A stretch of DNA of 64,000 nucleotides from Burkholderiaceae bacterium (GTDB taxonomy: Bacteria > Pseudomonadota > Gammaproteobacteria > Burkholderiales > Burkholderiaceae_C), in NCBI GenBank assembly GCA_031253955.1, contig JAIRVJ010000126.1, positions 20,342 through 84,341 on the forward strand, read 5' to 3'. Positions 27,970-38,066 of the stretch are shown one piece after another. The translations under genes and the position numbers were made by a program. How positions within the stretch are numbered: position 1 is the first letter of the stretch; each line of letters opens with the position of its first letter. The notes under the pieces are model-generated. The model saw only the letters and a program-made list of their open reading frames with translations. It was not told the origin of the DNA and did not search any database.

Positions 27970-29745
27970 ATGAACTTTGAAGAACTGAACTTGGCCGCGC
28001 CCATCCTGCAAGCCGTGCAAGAGCAGGGTTACACGCACCCTACCCCCATCCAGCAGCAGGCGATTCCCGCCATCCTCGAAGGCCACGATTTGCTGGCCGG
28101 CGCGCAGACGGGCACCGGCAAAACCGCCGCCTTCACCCTGCCCATGCTGCAACTGCTCGGCGCGCGAGCGCCACGGCAAGACGGCGCCATTCGCAGCCTG
28201 GTGCTCACGCCCACGCGCGAGCTGGCCGCCCAGGTGGAAGAGGCCGTGCGCACCTACGGCAAGCACCTGCGCCTCACGTCCACCGTGATCTTCGGCGGCG
28301 TGGGGCAGAACCCGCAAGTCCAGCGCATCCGCCGGGGCGTGGATATTCTGGTGGCCACGCCGGGCCGCCTGCTCGATCTGGAGCAGCAAGATCACATCGA
28401 CCTCTCGCACGTCGAAATTCTGGTGCTCGACGAGGCCGACCGGATGCTCGATATGGGCTTTATCCACGACGTGAAAAAAGTGCTCGCACTGCTGCCCAGA
28501 AACAAGCAGAGCCTGCTGTTTTCCGCCACCTTCGGCGAAGACATCCGCGCGCTGGCCGCCGGCTTGCTCAATCAGCCGAAAAACATCCAGGTCACGCCCC
28601 CCAACAGCACCGTCGAGCGCATCGCGCAAGTCATCTACCCGGTAGGCCGCGAGCGCAAGAAAGACGTGCTGGCGCACCTGATCGAACAGAGCCAGTGGAG
28701 CCAGGTGCTGATCTTCACCCGCACCAAATTCGGCGCCAACAAAGTGGCCGACGACCTGTGCCGGCGCGGCATCAAGGCGATGGCGCTGCACGGCAACAAA
28801 AGCCAGACGGCGCGCACGCAGGCGCTGGGCGAATTCAAAAGCGGCGAGCTGCGCGCGCTGGTGGCCACCGACATCGCCGCGCGCGGCATCGACATCGACG
28901 AGCTGCCGCACGTCGTCAACTACGACATTCCCAATGTGCCGGAAGACTATGTGCACCGCATCGGCCGCACCGGGCGCGCCGGCGCCAGCGGCGAAGCCGT
29001 GAGCCTGGTCTGCATGGACGAAGAAGGCTTCATGCACGCCATCGAAAAATTCACCCGCCAGCAAATCCCCGTGCGCATCCTCGACGGCTACGGCCCCGCC
29101 GAAGGCGAGCACGCCCTGCCCATCGCCATGGGCCGCCAAACCCTGTGGGGCGGCCTGGGCCAGCCGCCTGGCCGCGAGGTGATGCAAGCCGCCGCCCGCG
29201 CCGCGCGGCAGGAGATGATGCAGCGCATCCGCGAGGGTAAACCCCGTCAGAGCCAAGACGCCCGCCCCGGCGGGCGCGCCCGTTTTGACGCCAGCGAGCC
29301 GCCGCGCCAGAGCGCCCAAGACCTCCCGGCCAATGAAAACGCCCTGCCCGCCGGCGCTGAAGGATCTGGCGCGCCGGGCGAAGACCGCAACAACCGGCCC
29401 CGCCCTCGGCGCCGCCGCATCGGCCGTCTGGGCGGCGATCTCCTGGGCAGCGCCGGGCAAGCGCGCAACCAGGCCGCGCAGCAGCGCCGCGAGCAGCGCC
29501 GCGGCGACCAGAACAACGGCGACCGCGACCGCGACGACGACCGCGAACCCGACCATCTGCCGCGCCATATCGACCCGCTGCAAACCAACCTGCACGGACG
29601 CCGCAACGCCCCGCGCAACCCCGGCTACGGCGGCGCCCCCGGCCAGCCCGACCCCATGCGCACCAGCATCGACATGATGGGCGGCGGCAAGCGCAAACGC
29701 GGCAATGGCGACGGCGGCAACCGGCGCGGCGGCTTTTCAAGGTGA
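27970..29745 (+). CDS. rhlE: DEAD-box RNA helicase (RhlE-like) with long low-complexity tail
   Basis: [38 protein letters not shown]. Confidence 0.85.
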   Translation: MNFEELNLAAPILQAVQEQGYTHPTPIQQQAIPAILEGHDLLAGAQTGTGKTAAFTLPMLQLLGARAPRQDGAIRSLVLTPTRELAAQVEEAVRTYGKHLRLTSTVIFGGVGQNPQVQRIRRGVDILVATPGRLLDLEQQDHIDLSHVEILVLDEADRMLDMGFIHDVKKVLALLPRNKQSLLFSATFGEDIRALAAGLLNQPKNIQVTPPNSTVERIAQVIYPVGRERKKDVLAHLIEQSQWSQVLIFTRTKFGANKVADDLCRRGIKAMALHGNKSQTARTQALGEFKSGELRALVATDIAARGIDIDELPHVVNYDIPNVPEDYVHRIGRTGRAGASGEAVSLVCMDEEGFMHAIEKFTRQQIPVRILDGYGPAEGEHALPIAMGRQTLWGGLGQPPGREVMQAAARAARQEMMQRIREGKPRQSQDARPGGRARFDASEPPRQSAQDLPANENALPAGAEGSGAPGEDRNNRPRPRRRRIGRLGGDLLGSAGQARNQAAQQRREQRRGDQNNGDRDRDDDREPDHLPRHIDPLQTNLHGRRNAPRNPGYGGAPGQPDPMRTSIDMMGGGKRKRGNGDGGNRRGGFSR

Positions 29746-29749
29746 TCCC

Positions 29750-30166
29750 ATGAGACTGCTGCACACCATGCTGCGCGTGGGCCATCTGGAACGCTCGATC
29801 ACCTTCTACACCAAGGTGCTCGGCATGGAGTTGCTGCGCCGCTCCGAGAACCCGGAATACGAATACTCGCTGGCCTTCCTTGGCTATGCAGGCGGCAACC
29901 CCGCGCAGGCCGAAATCGAACTGACCTACAACTGGGGCACCCACCGCTATGGGCTTGGCACTGCCTACGGCCACATCGCCATCGGCGTGCCGGACATCCA
30001 CGCCGCCTGCGCAAAAATCAAGGCCGCCGGCGGCAACGTGACGCGCGAGCCAGGCCCGGTCAAGGGCGGCGCCACCATCATCGCCTTCATCACCGACCCC
30101 GACGGCTACAAAATCGAACTGATCGAGCGCCCCGACGACGCCAGCGAAGGCCAGGGTTTGCGTTAG
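29750..30166 (+). CDS. gloA: Lactoylglutathione lyase
   Basis: [39 protein letters not shown]. Confidence 0.95.
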   Translation: MRLLHTMLRVGHLERSITFYTKVLGMELLRRSENPEYEYSLAFLGYAGGNPAQAEIELTYNWGTHRYGLGTAYGHIAIGVPDIHAACAKIKAAGGNVTREPGPVKGGATIIAFITDPDGYKIELIERPDDASEGQGLR

Positions 30167-30192
30167 CGTGGTAGCGCGTCACTAGAAAATTC

Positions 30193-30273
30193 ATAGCTTC
30201 ATGCCAAGGTATTGTATGCATCTATAGCGTATTTTTACAGAAATATGTATACAAGACCTTGGCATATAGCTAT
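30193..30273. repeat. Family F AT-rich element
   Basis: ATAGCTTCATGCCAAGG ... CCTTGGCATATAGCTAT. Confidence 0.8.
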
Positions 30274-30284
30274 CAAATTCAATT

Positions 30285-30827
30285 TTATTCCAGCGTGACT
30301 TCCACGCGGCGCGCCTGGGGAGTGTCGGCGCTGCCGGCAGCGGCGGCCGGCTTCGGGCGCAGTTCAAGCTTGTCCGGGCCGATGCCTAGCGCCGTGAGCG
30401 CGCTCTGCACGGCCAGCGCACGTTGCCTTGGCAAATCCCCGGCGGGATCGTTGGCAAGGCTGCCCTGCTCACTGCCGATGACCGCCTTTTTACCGGCGGC
30501 CACGCCCATCACGATCCCACCCAGCGCCTCGGCGGCGCCCTCTGGCAATTCCGCGCTGCCGTTGGCAAAGTAGAACGCGACGGCCTCGCCTTCGGTCTCC
30601 ACATGCGCGGCCTCGGACACGAAAACGTCGGCAACGCTCTTGGGGAAGAGATTCGCGGCGGCGCCCGGCTCCAGATCAGGCGGCGGCGTCATGACGGTTG
30701 CCTCTCGCAAGCCGCTTTCGACCGGCCCCACGCCCAGCGCCACGGCGACGGCCAGCAAAATGGCGCCGAGCGCCACGCCGGGCCACGCGATTCGGCTGCT
30801 GTTGGAGTCGTGGTGGTTGGCGGGCAT
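30285..30827 (-). CDS. Membrane-anchored OmpA-like domain protein
   Basis: One TM segment, FYFANGSAEL, RALAVQSAL, ARRVEV. Confidence 0.65.
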   Translation of the reverse strand: MPANHHDSNSSRIAWPGVALGAILLAVAVALGVGPVESGLREATVMTPPPDLEPGAAANLFPKSVADVFVSEAAHVETEGEAVAFYFANGSAELPEGAAEALGGIVMGVAAGKKAVIGSEQGSLANDPAGDLPRQRALAVQSALTALGIGPDKLELRPKPAAAAGSADTPQARRVEVTLE

Positions 30828-30962
30828 GTTTCGTTTTGTCGGAAGGAAGCGCAAGGATTGTAAAAGGCGACGCACGACAGGTTCGCCCTAAACGTGCGAG
30901 ACGCCGCTTGCCGCAGAGAGGTTTTCACGCCAAACGCGGAACGCTCAACCTATACTGCCCGC

Positions 30963-31601
30963 ATGAATCCGCAAATCGCCCAATTGCGCAAGAGCTACGA
31001 GCGCGCCGAGTTGTCCGAGCAAGCCTCGCACGCCGATCCGCTGCGGCAGTTCGCCCAATGGTTCGACGAGGCCCGCGCGGGCGAAGTGCCTGAACCCAAC
31101 GCCATGACGCTGGCCACGGTGGGCGGCGACCTGCGGCCTTCCACCCGCGTCGTGCTCATCAAGGATTTCGACGGGCGCGGCATCGTCTGGTACACCAACT
31201 ACGACAGCCGCAAGGGGCTGGAACTGGCGGGCAACCCGTATGCGGCGCTGCAATTTCACTGGGTGGAGCTGGAGCGCCTGGTGCGCATCGAAGGCGTGGC
31301 CGAAAAAATCAGCGAGGCCGAAAGCGATGAATACTACGCCAGCCGCCCGCTCGATAGCCGCATCGGCGCCTGGGCCAGCCCGCAAAGCCAGCCGATTGCC
31401 GGACGTACGTGGCTGATGACCGAAGCGGCGCGCTATGGCGCGAAATTTTTGCTCGACCCGCCGCGCCCGCCGCACTGGGGCGGCTACCTTCTGAAACCCG
31501 ACCGCTGGGAATTCTGGCAAGGCCGCAAAAGCCGTTTGCACGACCGGCTGTGCTACCGGCTAGACGGCGGCGCGTGGGTACGCGAGCGGCTGGCGCCGTG
31601 A
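30963..31601 (+). CDS. pdxH: Pyridoxamine 5'-phosphate oxidase
   Basis: [38 protein letters not shown]. Confidence 0.95.
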   Translation: MNPQIAQLRKSYERAELSEQASHADPLRQFAQWFDEARAGEVPEPNAMTLATVGGDLRPSTRVVLIKDFDGRGIVWYTNYDSRKGLELAGNPYAALQFHWVELERLVRIEGVAEKISEAESDEYYASRPLDSRIGAWASPQSQPIAGRTWLMTEAARYGAKFLLDPPRPPHWGGYLLKPDRWEFWQGRKSRLHDRLCYRLDGGAWVRERLAP

Positions 31602-31667
31602 GGGGCGGTTTTGCATGTTACCAGCGGATAATCCGCTGCTTCCCCGTCCGACCCCCGAAAGTCTCTC

Positions 31668-32855
31668 ATGAACGCGCCTTTGTCCCGCAACGCCCTGACT
31701 CCTGCCGGTGCCGTGGCGCAGCCGCCCGCGCCCATTGCCAGCGTGGAAGAAATCGTCGCCGAGCTGCGCGCGGGCCGCATGGCGATTCTGGTGGATGCGC
31801 AAGACCGCGAAAACGAGGGCGATCTGATTCTGGCCGCCGATTACGTCACGCCGGAGGCGATCAACTTCATGGCCCGTTTCGGGCGCGGGCTGATCTGCCT
31901 GTCGCTCTCGCGCGAGCGTTGCGAGCGTCTGCGCCTGCCGCCGATGACGGCCCACAACCGCACGCGCATGGGCACGGCGTTCACCGTGAGCATCGAGGCC
32001 GCCGAGGGTGTGACCACCGGTATTTCCGCCGCCGACCGCGCCCGCACGGTGCAAGCCGCTGTCGCGCCGCGCGCGCGCGCCGAGGATCTGGTGCAGCCCG
32101 GCCACATCTTTCCGCTGCAAGCCGTCGATGGCGGCGTGCTGGCGCGCGCCGGGCACACCGAGGCCGGGTGCGACTTGGCGGCCATGGCCGGCTGCACGCC
32201 CGCCGCCGTGATCTGCGAGGTGATGAAAGACGACGGCACCATGGCCCGCCTGCCGGACTTGCAGCTTTTCGCCGCCGAGCATGGCCTGAAGATCGGCGCC
32301 ATCGCCGATCTGATCGAATACCGCAGCCGCACCGAAACGCTGATCGCGTGCGTGGCCGAGCGCCCGCTGCGCACCGCGCTGGGCACGTTCACGGCCCGCG
32401 CCTACCGCGACAAGACCAACGGCGCGCTGCACCTGGCGCTGGCGCTGGGCGCGTGGCAGCCGGGCGACGTGGTGCCGGTGCGCGTGCACGAGCCGCTGTC
32501 GGTGCTGGATGTGCTCGACCAAGACCGCGCCGCGCACACCTGGAGCCTGGATACGGCGCTGGCGCACATCCAGCAGGCCGGGCGCGGCGTGGCGGTGCTG
32601 CTCAACTGCGGCGAAAGCGCCGATCAACTGCTGGCGCAGTTCCAGAACAAACCGCACGCCCTGCCAGCCGCCCCGCACGGCCTGACCGATCTGCGCCGCT
32701 ACGGCATCGGCGCGCAAATTCTGCGCGACCACGGCGTGCGCCGTATGCAGGTGCTGGGCGCGCCGCTGCGGTTGCCGGGCATGGCCGGCGGCTACGGGCT
32801 GGAGGTGACGGGCTATCTGGCCCAGCCCGCCGGCGCGGGCGAAACAGAAAGATAA
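31668..32855 (+). CDS. ribB: DHBP synthase fused to a degenerate GTP cyclohydrolase II-like domain
   Basis: [31 protein letters not shown]-domain has [11 protein letters not shown] without the Zn-binding cysteines. Confidence 0.9.
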   Translation: MNAPLSRNALTPAGAVAQPPAPIASVEEIVAELRAGRMAILVDAQDRENEGDLILAADYVTPEAINFMARFGRGLICLSLSRERCERLRLPPMTAHNRTRMGTAFTVSIEAAEGVTTGISAADRARTVQAAVAPRARAEDLVQPGHIFPLQAVDGGVLARAGHTEAGCDLAAMAGCTPAAVICEVMKDDGTMARLPDLQLFAAEHGLKIGAIADLIEYRSRTETLIACVAERPLRTALGTFTARAYRDKTNGALHLALALGAWQPGDVVPVRVHEPLSVLDVLDQDRAAHTWSLDTALAHIQQAGRGVAVLLNCGESADQLLAQFQNKPHALPAAPHGLTDLRRYGIGAQILRDHGVRRMQVLGAPLRLPGMAGGYGLEVTGYLAQPAGAGETER

Positions 32856-32868
32856 AGAAGCACACGGC

Positions 32869-33336
32869 ATGAAAACCACTGGTCCCAAAACCGCCCCGCC
32901 GCCTGATGGCCGCGGCCTGCGCATCGGCATCGTGCAGGCGCGCTTTCACACCGAGGTGACGAACGCGCTGCTGGCCGCCTGCCTGCACGAGCTGCGCGAG
33001 CTGGGCGTGGCCGAGGCCGGCATCACCCACGTCACCGTGCCCGGCGCGCTGGAAATTGCGCTGGCGCTGCAAACCCTGGCCGACAGCCAGACTTGCGACG
33101 CGCTGATCGCGCTGGGCTGCGTCATCCGGGGCGAGACGTATCACTTCGAGCTGGTCGCGGGTGAATCGGCCGCCGGCATCACGCGCGTAGCGCTGGAGCG
33201 CCGCATTCCGGTCGCCAACGCCATTTTGACCACCGAAAACCTCGAACAGGCCATGGCTCGCCAAAGCGAAAAAGGGCGTGACGCGGCGTGCACGGCGGTG
33301 GAAATGGCGCGGCTGATCGCGGGGCTGCTGCCATGA
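32869..33336 (+). CDS. ribH: Lumazine synthase
   Basis: [28 protein letters not shown]. Confidence 0.95.
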   Translation: MKTTGPKTAPPPDGRGLRIGIVQARFHTEVTNALLAACLHELRELGVAEAGITHVTVPGALEIALALQTLADSQTCDALIALGCVIRGETYHFELVAGESAAGITRVALERRIPVANAILTTENLEQAMARQSEKGRDAACTAVEMARLIAGLLP

Positions 33337-33857
33337 ACGAACCGGCAACACAGGCCGGCAGCCCGCACCGGCCCGCCGGAGGAGGCGCGCGCAAGTCGTC
33401 GGCCAAATCGCCGCGCGCGCGCGCGCGCGAATTCGCGCTGCAAGGACTGTATCAGTACATCGTCGGTGGCAACGACGCGGATAGCGTGGACGCCTTCACG
33501 CGCGATCTGCAAGGCTTTGCCAAAGCCGACGCCGTGTTTTACGACACGCTGCTGCGCAGCTGCATCGAACTCCATGCCGATCTGGACGCGCTGATCGTGC
33601 CGCTGCTGGACCGTCCGCTGGCGCAAATTTCGCCCATCGAGCGCGGGTGCCTGTGGATCGGCGCGTATGAGCTGCTGCGCTGCCCCGACATCCCCTGGCG
33701 CGTGGCACTCAACGAAAGCATCGAACTGGCCAAGGACTTCGGCGGCGCCGATGGGCACAAATACGTCAACGCGGTGCTCAACGGCGTGGCCGGAAAAACG
33801 CGCGCGGCGGAAATGGCCGACGGGAGCAAGGCGGCCAGGCAACACCAGAATGTATAG
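33333..33857 (+). CDS. nusB: Transcription antitermination factor NusB
   Basis: [20 protein letters not shown]-like motif, [18 protein letters not shown]. Confidence 0.95.
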   Translation: MNEPATQAGSPHRPAGGGARKSSAKSPRARAREFALQGLYQYIVGGNDADSVDAFTRDLQGFAKADAVFYDTLLRSCIELHADLDALIVPLLDRPLAQISPIERGCLWIGAYELLRCPDIPWRVALNESIELAKDFGGADGHKYVNAVLNGVAGKTRAAEMADGSKAARQHQNV

Positions 33858-33885
33858 AAATTTGTTTCTGGGCGCGGTATGTGAT

Positions 33886-33999
33886 TTTTCCCTCTCCCCT
33901 TTTGGGAAGAGGGTTAAGGAAAGGGGATGCGCAGCGCAAACGTTGTCACTCCAACCGGCGCCGCTGGCCCTCTCCCGCGAGCGGGAGAGGGAGAAAACC
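33886..33999. repeat. Family D variant doublet (CCCTCTCCC hairpins)
   Basis: Hairpins at 33890-913 and 33968-991, ending GAGAAAACC. Confidence 0.65.
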
Positions 34000-34066
34000 C
34001 GCCGGTTTGGGAAATCGTCATTCCCGCACACCTCACGCCGAGATCGTAAACACGTTCTAAGGGCCA

Positions 34067-34234
34067 ATCGCTGGCGTTTTGCCCCTTCCCCCGTTTGCGG
34101 GGGAAGGTTGGGATGGGGGCAGCAGCGCATCGCAAACGCGGTGTTTGTTGCAGCGCCGTGCGCCCCCACCCCAGCCCTCCCCCGCGCGCGGGGGAGGGAG
34201 AAAACCGCGCACTTGCCCCAGGTTAGCGCCTATG
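34067..34234. mobile_element. Family D element (inverted near-copy of the 24.35-kb element)
   Basis: About 150 bp align with the reverse complement of 24345-24495; ends AGGTTAGCGCCTATG|CGC. Confidence 0.8.
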
Positions 34235-34255
34235 CGCGCGAGCGGCCATGACGGA

Positions 34256-34711
34256 ATGATTTTCTCGATGCGACGTTCTTTCCCCTCCCCGCTCGCCAGC
34301 GCCCAAGCGCCGGTCGCATTCACGCTGCCGGTGCGCATTTATTGGGAAGACACCGATGCCGGCGGTATTGTGTTCTATGCCAATTACCTCAAGTTCTTCG
34401 AGCGCGCCCGCACCGAATGGCTGCGCGGCCTAGGCGTGGGCCAGCAAACGCTGCACGAGCGCAGCGGCGGCATGTTCGTGGTGAGCGAGGCGGCCCTCAA
34501 ATACCACCGCCCGGCGCGGCTGGACGATGAACTTGCCGTTACCGTCCGGCTCCAGCACACCGGCCAGGCCAGCCTGCTGCTCGCGCAGGAGGCGCTGCTG
34601 TGCGGCCAACAGTTGTGCTGCGAGGCCAGCATCCGCATCGGCTGGATCGACGCCGCGCGGATGAAGCCGGCGCGCATTCCGCCAGACGTTCTTCGCCTTG
34701 TTTGCCCATGA
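34256..34711 (+). CDS. ybgC: Tol-Pal-associated acyl-CoA thioesterase (start approximate)
   Basis: VRIYWEDTDAGGIVFYANYLKFFERARTEWLR. Confidence 0.92.
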   Translation: MIFSMRRSFPSPLASAQAPVAFTLPVRIYWEDTDAGGIVFYANYLKFFERARTEWLRGLGVGQQTLHERSGGMFVVSEAALKYHRPARLDDELAVTVRLQHTGQASLLLAQEALLCGQQLCCEASIRIGWIDAARMKPARIPPDVLRLVCP

Positions 34712-35418
34712 ATCAAAACCTCTCCATCGTTCAACTCGTGCTGCACGCCAGCTTTCTGGTGCAGGGCGTATTGCTGCTGCTGGTCATCATCTCGGTGGCA
34801 AGCTGGGCCATCATGTTCAGCAAGCGGCGCTCTTTCCGGCGCATGAAAACGCTCAATGAAGCGTTCGAGCGCGATTTCTGGTCCGGCGCCACCCTCAACG
34901 ATCTGTACGCCACCGCCGCCAAAAACGCCCAGGTGTCCGGGCCGATGGAGCGCATCTTCGCCAGCGGCATGCGCGAATACCAGAAACTGCGCGAGCGCCG
35001 CATTCAGGATGCCGCCACGCTGCTCGACGGCGCGCGCCGCGCCATGCGCGCGAGCTTTCAGCGCGAGATAGACATGGCCGAGTCGCACCTGTCGTTCCTG
35101 GCCTCGGTCGGCTCGGTCAGCCCCTACGTGGGGTTGTTCGGCACCGTCTGGGGCATCATGCACGCTTTCGTCGGCCTGGCCGGGTTGCAGCAGGTCACGC
35201 TGGCCAGCGTGGCGCCGGGCATCGCCGAGGCGCTGGTGACCACCGCCGTCGGCCTGTTCGCCGCCATCCCCGCCGTGGTGGCCTACAACAGCTTCGCGCG
35301 CGAGCTGGACCGCCTGGGGATTCATCAGGAGACCTTCATCGAGGAGTTCTCCAACATCCTGCAACGCAACCTGGGCGTGCAGCAATACCCGCAAAACGCC
35401 ATGCCCGCCGGATACTGA
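34708..35418 (+). CDS. tolQ: TolQ
   Basis: SPYVGLFGTVWGIM, APGIAEALVTTAVGLFAAIPA. Confidence 0.93.
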   Translation: MNQNLSIVQLVLHASFLVQGVLLLLVIISVASWAIMFSKRRSFRRMKTLNEAFERDFWSGATLNDLYATAAKNAQVSGPMERIFASGMREYQKLRERRIQDAATLLDGARRAMRASFQREIDMAESHLSFLASVGSVSPYVGLFGTVWGIMHAFVGLAGLQQVTLASVAPGIAEALVTTAVGLFAAIPAVVAYNSFARELDRLGIHQETFIEEFSNILQRNLGVQQYPQNAMPAGY

Positions 35419-35434
35419 ACGCCCAGGTCAAATC

Positions 35435-35854
35435 ATGCCCGCCGTCATACACCGCGGCCGCCGCCGCGCCATCAACGAAATCAACATGGTGCCCTTCATC
35501 GACGTGATGCTGGTGCTGCTCATCATCTTCATGGTCACTGCCACCGTCATCACGCCCGGCGTCATCAACGTGCCCAGCGCGGGCCAATCGTCCCTGCCGC
35601 CCGACAACTACATCACCGTCTCCGTCTATGCGGGCCGCCAACTGGGCAGCGACACCGGCAAAAACACCCCGGAGCAAAGCGCCGCCAGCCAGGCGGAACT
35701 GATCCGCCACGTCAGGCAGGCGCTGCAGCCGGCGCCCGACATGCCCGTGCTCATCGCCGCCGACAAGGACCTGCCCTACCACCAGGTCATCACCCTCATG
35801 AGCAAGCTGCGCGACGAAGCGGGCGCGCGGCGCATCGCTCTGCGGGTGAAATGA
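35435..35854 (+). CDS. tolR: TolR/ExbD
   Basis: EINMVPFIDVMLVLLIIFMVTA, IAADK. Confidence 0.9.
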   Translation: MPAVIHRGRRRAINEINMVPFIDVMLVLLIIFMVTATVITPGVINVPSAGQSSLPPDNYITVSVYAGRQLGSDTGKNTPEQSAASQAELIRHVRQALQPAPDMPVLIAADKDLPYHQVITLMSKLRDEAGARRIALRVK

Positions 35855-35994
35855 GGTTGAGCGTTCGGCATGAAAATGTTTGCTCTGGTATTTATAGCCT
35901 ATACCCAATGCTGCGCATGGATTTTCAAATGTTTTATCCTGATTGGCGACATACCTCCGATGGAATTGAAGGAAAGCAGCATGACTTTCCTTTC

Positions 35995-36084
35995 GCCATT
36001 CCCGCGAAGGCGGGAATCCATGCAGCGCATCCACCGCCAGGCGATAACCAAGGCCCAGTGGATTCCCGCCTGCGCGGGAATGAC
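35995..36084. repeat. Family A doublet (class 2, inverted relative to 10354)
   Basis: Spacer is the reverse complement of the 10380-10417 type; lies inside the tol operon. Confidence 0.88.
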
Positions 36085-36139
36085 GGCTTGAAACGCCTTC
36101 ACTGAACCGTATTGCGCTAAACGCTCGACGCCAAACCTC

Positions 36140-37003
36140 ATGCCCCCGCCCGCCCCGCGCAACGAATTCGCCCCGCCGCCGCCCGGCGGCATGGCCAGCG
36201 CCCTGATGCTGGCGCTGCTGGCGCACCTGCTGCTGGTGCTGGCGCTGGCCTGGGGTTTGAACTGGCGGCAGCAATCGAGCGACCAGAACATCCAGGCCGA
36301 ACTGTGGTCCGCCCCGCCGCCACCTCCGCCCGTACAGCCGCCAGAGCCACCGCCAAAACCGGAACCAAAACCAGAGCCGGAACCCAAACCTGCCGCCCAG
36401 ACCCGTCAGGCCGACCTCGTGCTGGAGCAAAAAAAGAAAGAAGAAACCGAACGCCGCGCCGCCGAAGAAGCCGCCCGGCGCGTCAAAGCCGAATTTGAAC
36501 GCCAGCGCCAGCAAGCCGCCGAGCAGGAACGGCTGAAACAGGAGGCCGAAAAGAAAGTCGCCGCCGAACGCGAACGGCGCAAGGAAGAAGCGGCCCGGCA
36601 GGAAGCCGAGGCCGACCGGCGCCATGCCGCCGAAATGGACCGCCTGCGCCGGCAAGCTGGCCGCGACAGCGCCACCGCCGCCGCGGCCAACGCAGCGCCT
36701 TCCGCCGGGTACGGCGACAAGGTGCGCGCCGCCGTGTACCCCAACGTCGTGTTCCCCAATCAAATCGAGGGCAACCCGCTGGCCGAAGTCGAAGTGCGCA
36801 CCGCCCCGGACGGCGCCATCACCAGCCGGCGCCTGCTCAAATCCAGCGGCGTCAAGAGCTGGGACGAAGCCGTGCTGCGCGCCATCGACAAAACCCAGAC
36901 CATCCCCCGCGATACCGACGGGCGCGTCCCCCCGTCCATCATCATCGAGTTCCGCCCGCGCGACCGCAGCACTTTGGCAGAACCGAAAATCCTGAATCGA
37001 TAG
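36140..37003 (+). CDS. tolA: TolA
   Basis: TM anchor, Pro-rich linker, E/K/A/R helix, TonB-like C-domain (SGVKSWDEAVLRAI). Confidence 0.88.
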   Translation: MPPPAPRNEFAPPPPGGMASALMLALLAHLLLVLALAWGLNWRQQSSDQNIQAELWSAPPPPPPVQPPEPPPKPEPKPEPEPKPAAQTRQADLVLEQKKKEETERRAAEEAARRVKAEFERQRQQAAEQERLKQEAEKKVAAERERRKEEAARQEAEADRRHAAEMDRLRRQAGRDSATAAAANAAPSAGYGDKVRAAVYPNVVFPNQIEGNPLAEVEVRTAPDGAITSRRLLKSSGVKSWDEAVLRAIDKTQTIPRDTDGRVPPSIIIEFRPRDRSTLAEPKILNR

Positions 37004-37080
37004 CTGTTTTCCTTTGCGTGTCATGTGTTTAATGCATGAAAAATTAAAAAAACACAGACTACTTATTGGCAAATAGCTAT
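37000..37080. repeat. Family F element supplying the tolA stop codon
   Basis: ATAGCT starts at 37000 (TAG 37001-03) ... TTGGCAAATAGCTAT. Confidence 0.75.
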
Positions 37081-37103
37081 TATTTTTTGAACTAGTCATC
37101 CAT

Positions 37104-37227
37104 TTTTGCTCCCTCCCCCGCCTGCGGGGGAGGGTTGGGGTGGGGGCGCACGGCGCTGAAATAAACACCGGATTTGCGATGCGCCGCCGGCACCCATCCG
37201 ACCCTTCCCACCGCATACGGGGGAAGG
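37104..37227. mobile_element. Family D element
   Basis: Same arms and GCGCACGGCGCTGAAA...CGATGCGCCGC spacer as the 24.35-kb and 34.07-kb copies. Confidence 0.8.
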
Positions 37228-37249
37228 AGGACAAGCCAAGGCCGCGTAT

Positions 37250-37272
37250 TTGTCCGTACAAATGTATAAAAT
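37250..37272 (+). promoter_or_regulatory. Candidate GntR/HutC-type operator next to a -10-like element
   Basis: TTGT-CCGT-ACAA at 37250-61, followed by TATAAAAT, about 45 bp upstream of the MaoC gene. Confidence 0.45.
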
Positions 37273-37305
37273 GAGCAAAGTTGTTCTGAACAGGAGACGC
37301 AGGCA

Positions 37306-37815
37306 ATGGACGTGAAACGAGAGCAGGCCCAACCGGCGCGCCGCATCCGCGCCAGTTACGGGCGCTATCTGGAAGACTTCCAGATCGGGGACATCTACGA
37401 GCACCGCCCTGGGCGCACGATCACGGAGACCGACAACATCCACTTCTCGCTTCTGACGATGAACTCGCATCCGATGCATTGCGACACCGCCTATGCGGCC
37501 AAGAGCGAGTTCGGCCAGTTGCTAGTCAACAGCGGCCTGTCGCTGGCGATCGTGCTAGGCATGACCGTCAACGACGTCAGCGCCAAGGCCATCGCCAACC
37601 TGGGCTGGAAAGACATCAAGCTGACCGCGCCGGTTTTCTGCGGCGACACGCTGTACGCGGAATCGGAAGTGCTCGAAAAGCGCGAGTCCAGGAGCCGCCC
37701 CACCCAGGGCATCGTCACCACGCGCACGCGCAGCTTCAAGCAGGACGGCACTCTCGTGATGGAGTTCATCCGCATGTCGCTGATCCCTAGGCGCGGGCAC
37801 GGCGTCGGCGACTGA
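37306..37815 (+). CDS. MaoC-family (hotdog) acyl-CoA hydratase/dehydratase
   Basis: GRYLEDF..G...HRPGRTITETDN..F..LTMN.HP.H.D. Confidence 0.88.
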   Translation: MDVKREQAQPARRIRASYGRYLEDFQIGDIYEHRPGRTITETDNIHFSLLTMNSHPMHCDTAYAAKSEFGQLLVNSGLSLAIVLGMTVNDVSAKAIANLGWKDIKLTAPVFCGDTLYAESEVLEKRESRSRPTQGIVTTRTRSFKQDGTLVMEFIRMSLIPRRGHGVGD

Positions 37816-37856
37816 CGCCCGGCGGCTTTTCTCGCTGAATGGCGGCGGAGACAAAC

Positions 37857-38066
37857 ATGTCCAACGCAAGCTCCATGGATCCGACCAAGGCGACGCAGGC
37901 GCCGACGGAGTTGTCAGGCTCGGAAACGGCGTATGCCGCTTCGCTGGTTGAAGCGGCGCAAGCCACCGCGCAAGCGGTGGCCGATGCCGCGCAAGCGCTC
38001 GACTGGCTGGAAACCGACACCTTCACGCATGCGCTGCGAGCGCTGGAGCCTGGCCATGCGCGCTGA
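37857..38066 (+). CDS. Small 69-aa protein overlapping the amidase start
   Basis: GGAG RBS; Ala-rich helix; ends LDWLETDTFTHALRALEPGHAR; 11-nt overlap with the amidase. Confidence 0.5.
   Translation: MSNASSMDPTKATQAPTELSGSETAYAASLVEAAQATAQAVADAAQALDWLETDTFTHALRALEPGHAR

Noticed and set aside
27850-29595. Long opposite-strand or alternative-frame ORFs (also 10722-12347, 35336-37306, 45872-47866, 48411-49763, 58023-60011 and many others)
   Set aside because: Shadows of well-supported genes in GC-rich DNA where stops are rare; no family motifs.
28900-29745. Long RG/RD-rich tail of the DEAD-box helicase as a novel domain
   Set aside because: Low-complexity basic tails are usual for RhlE-type helicases.
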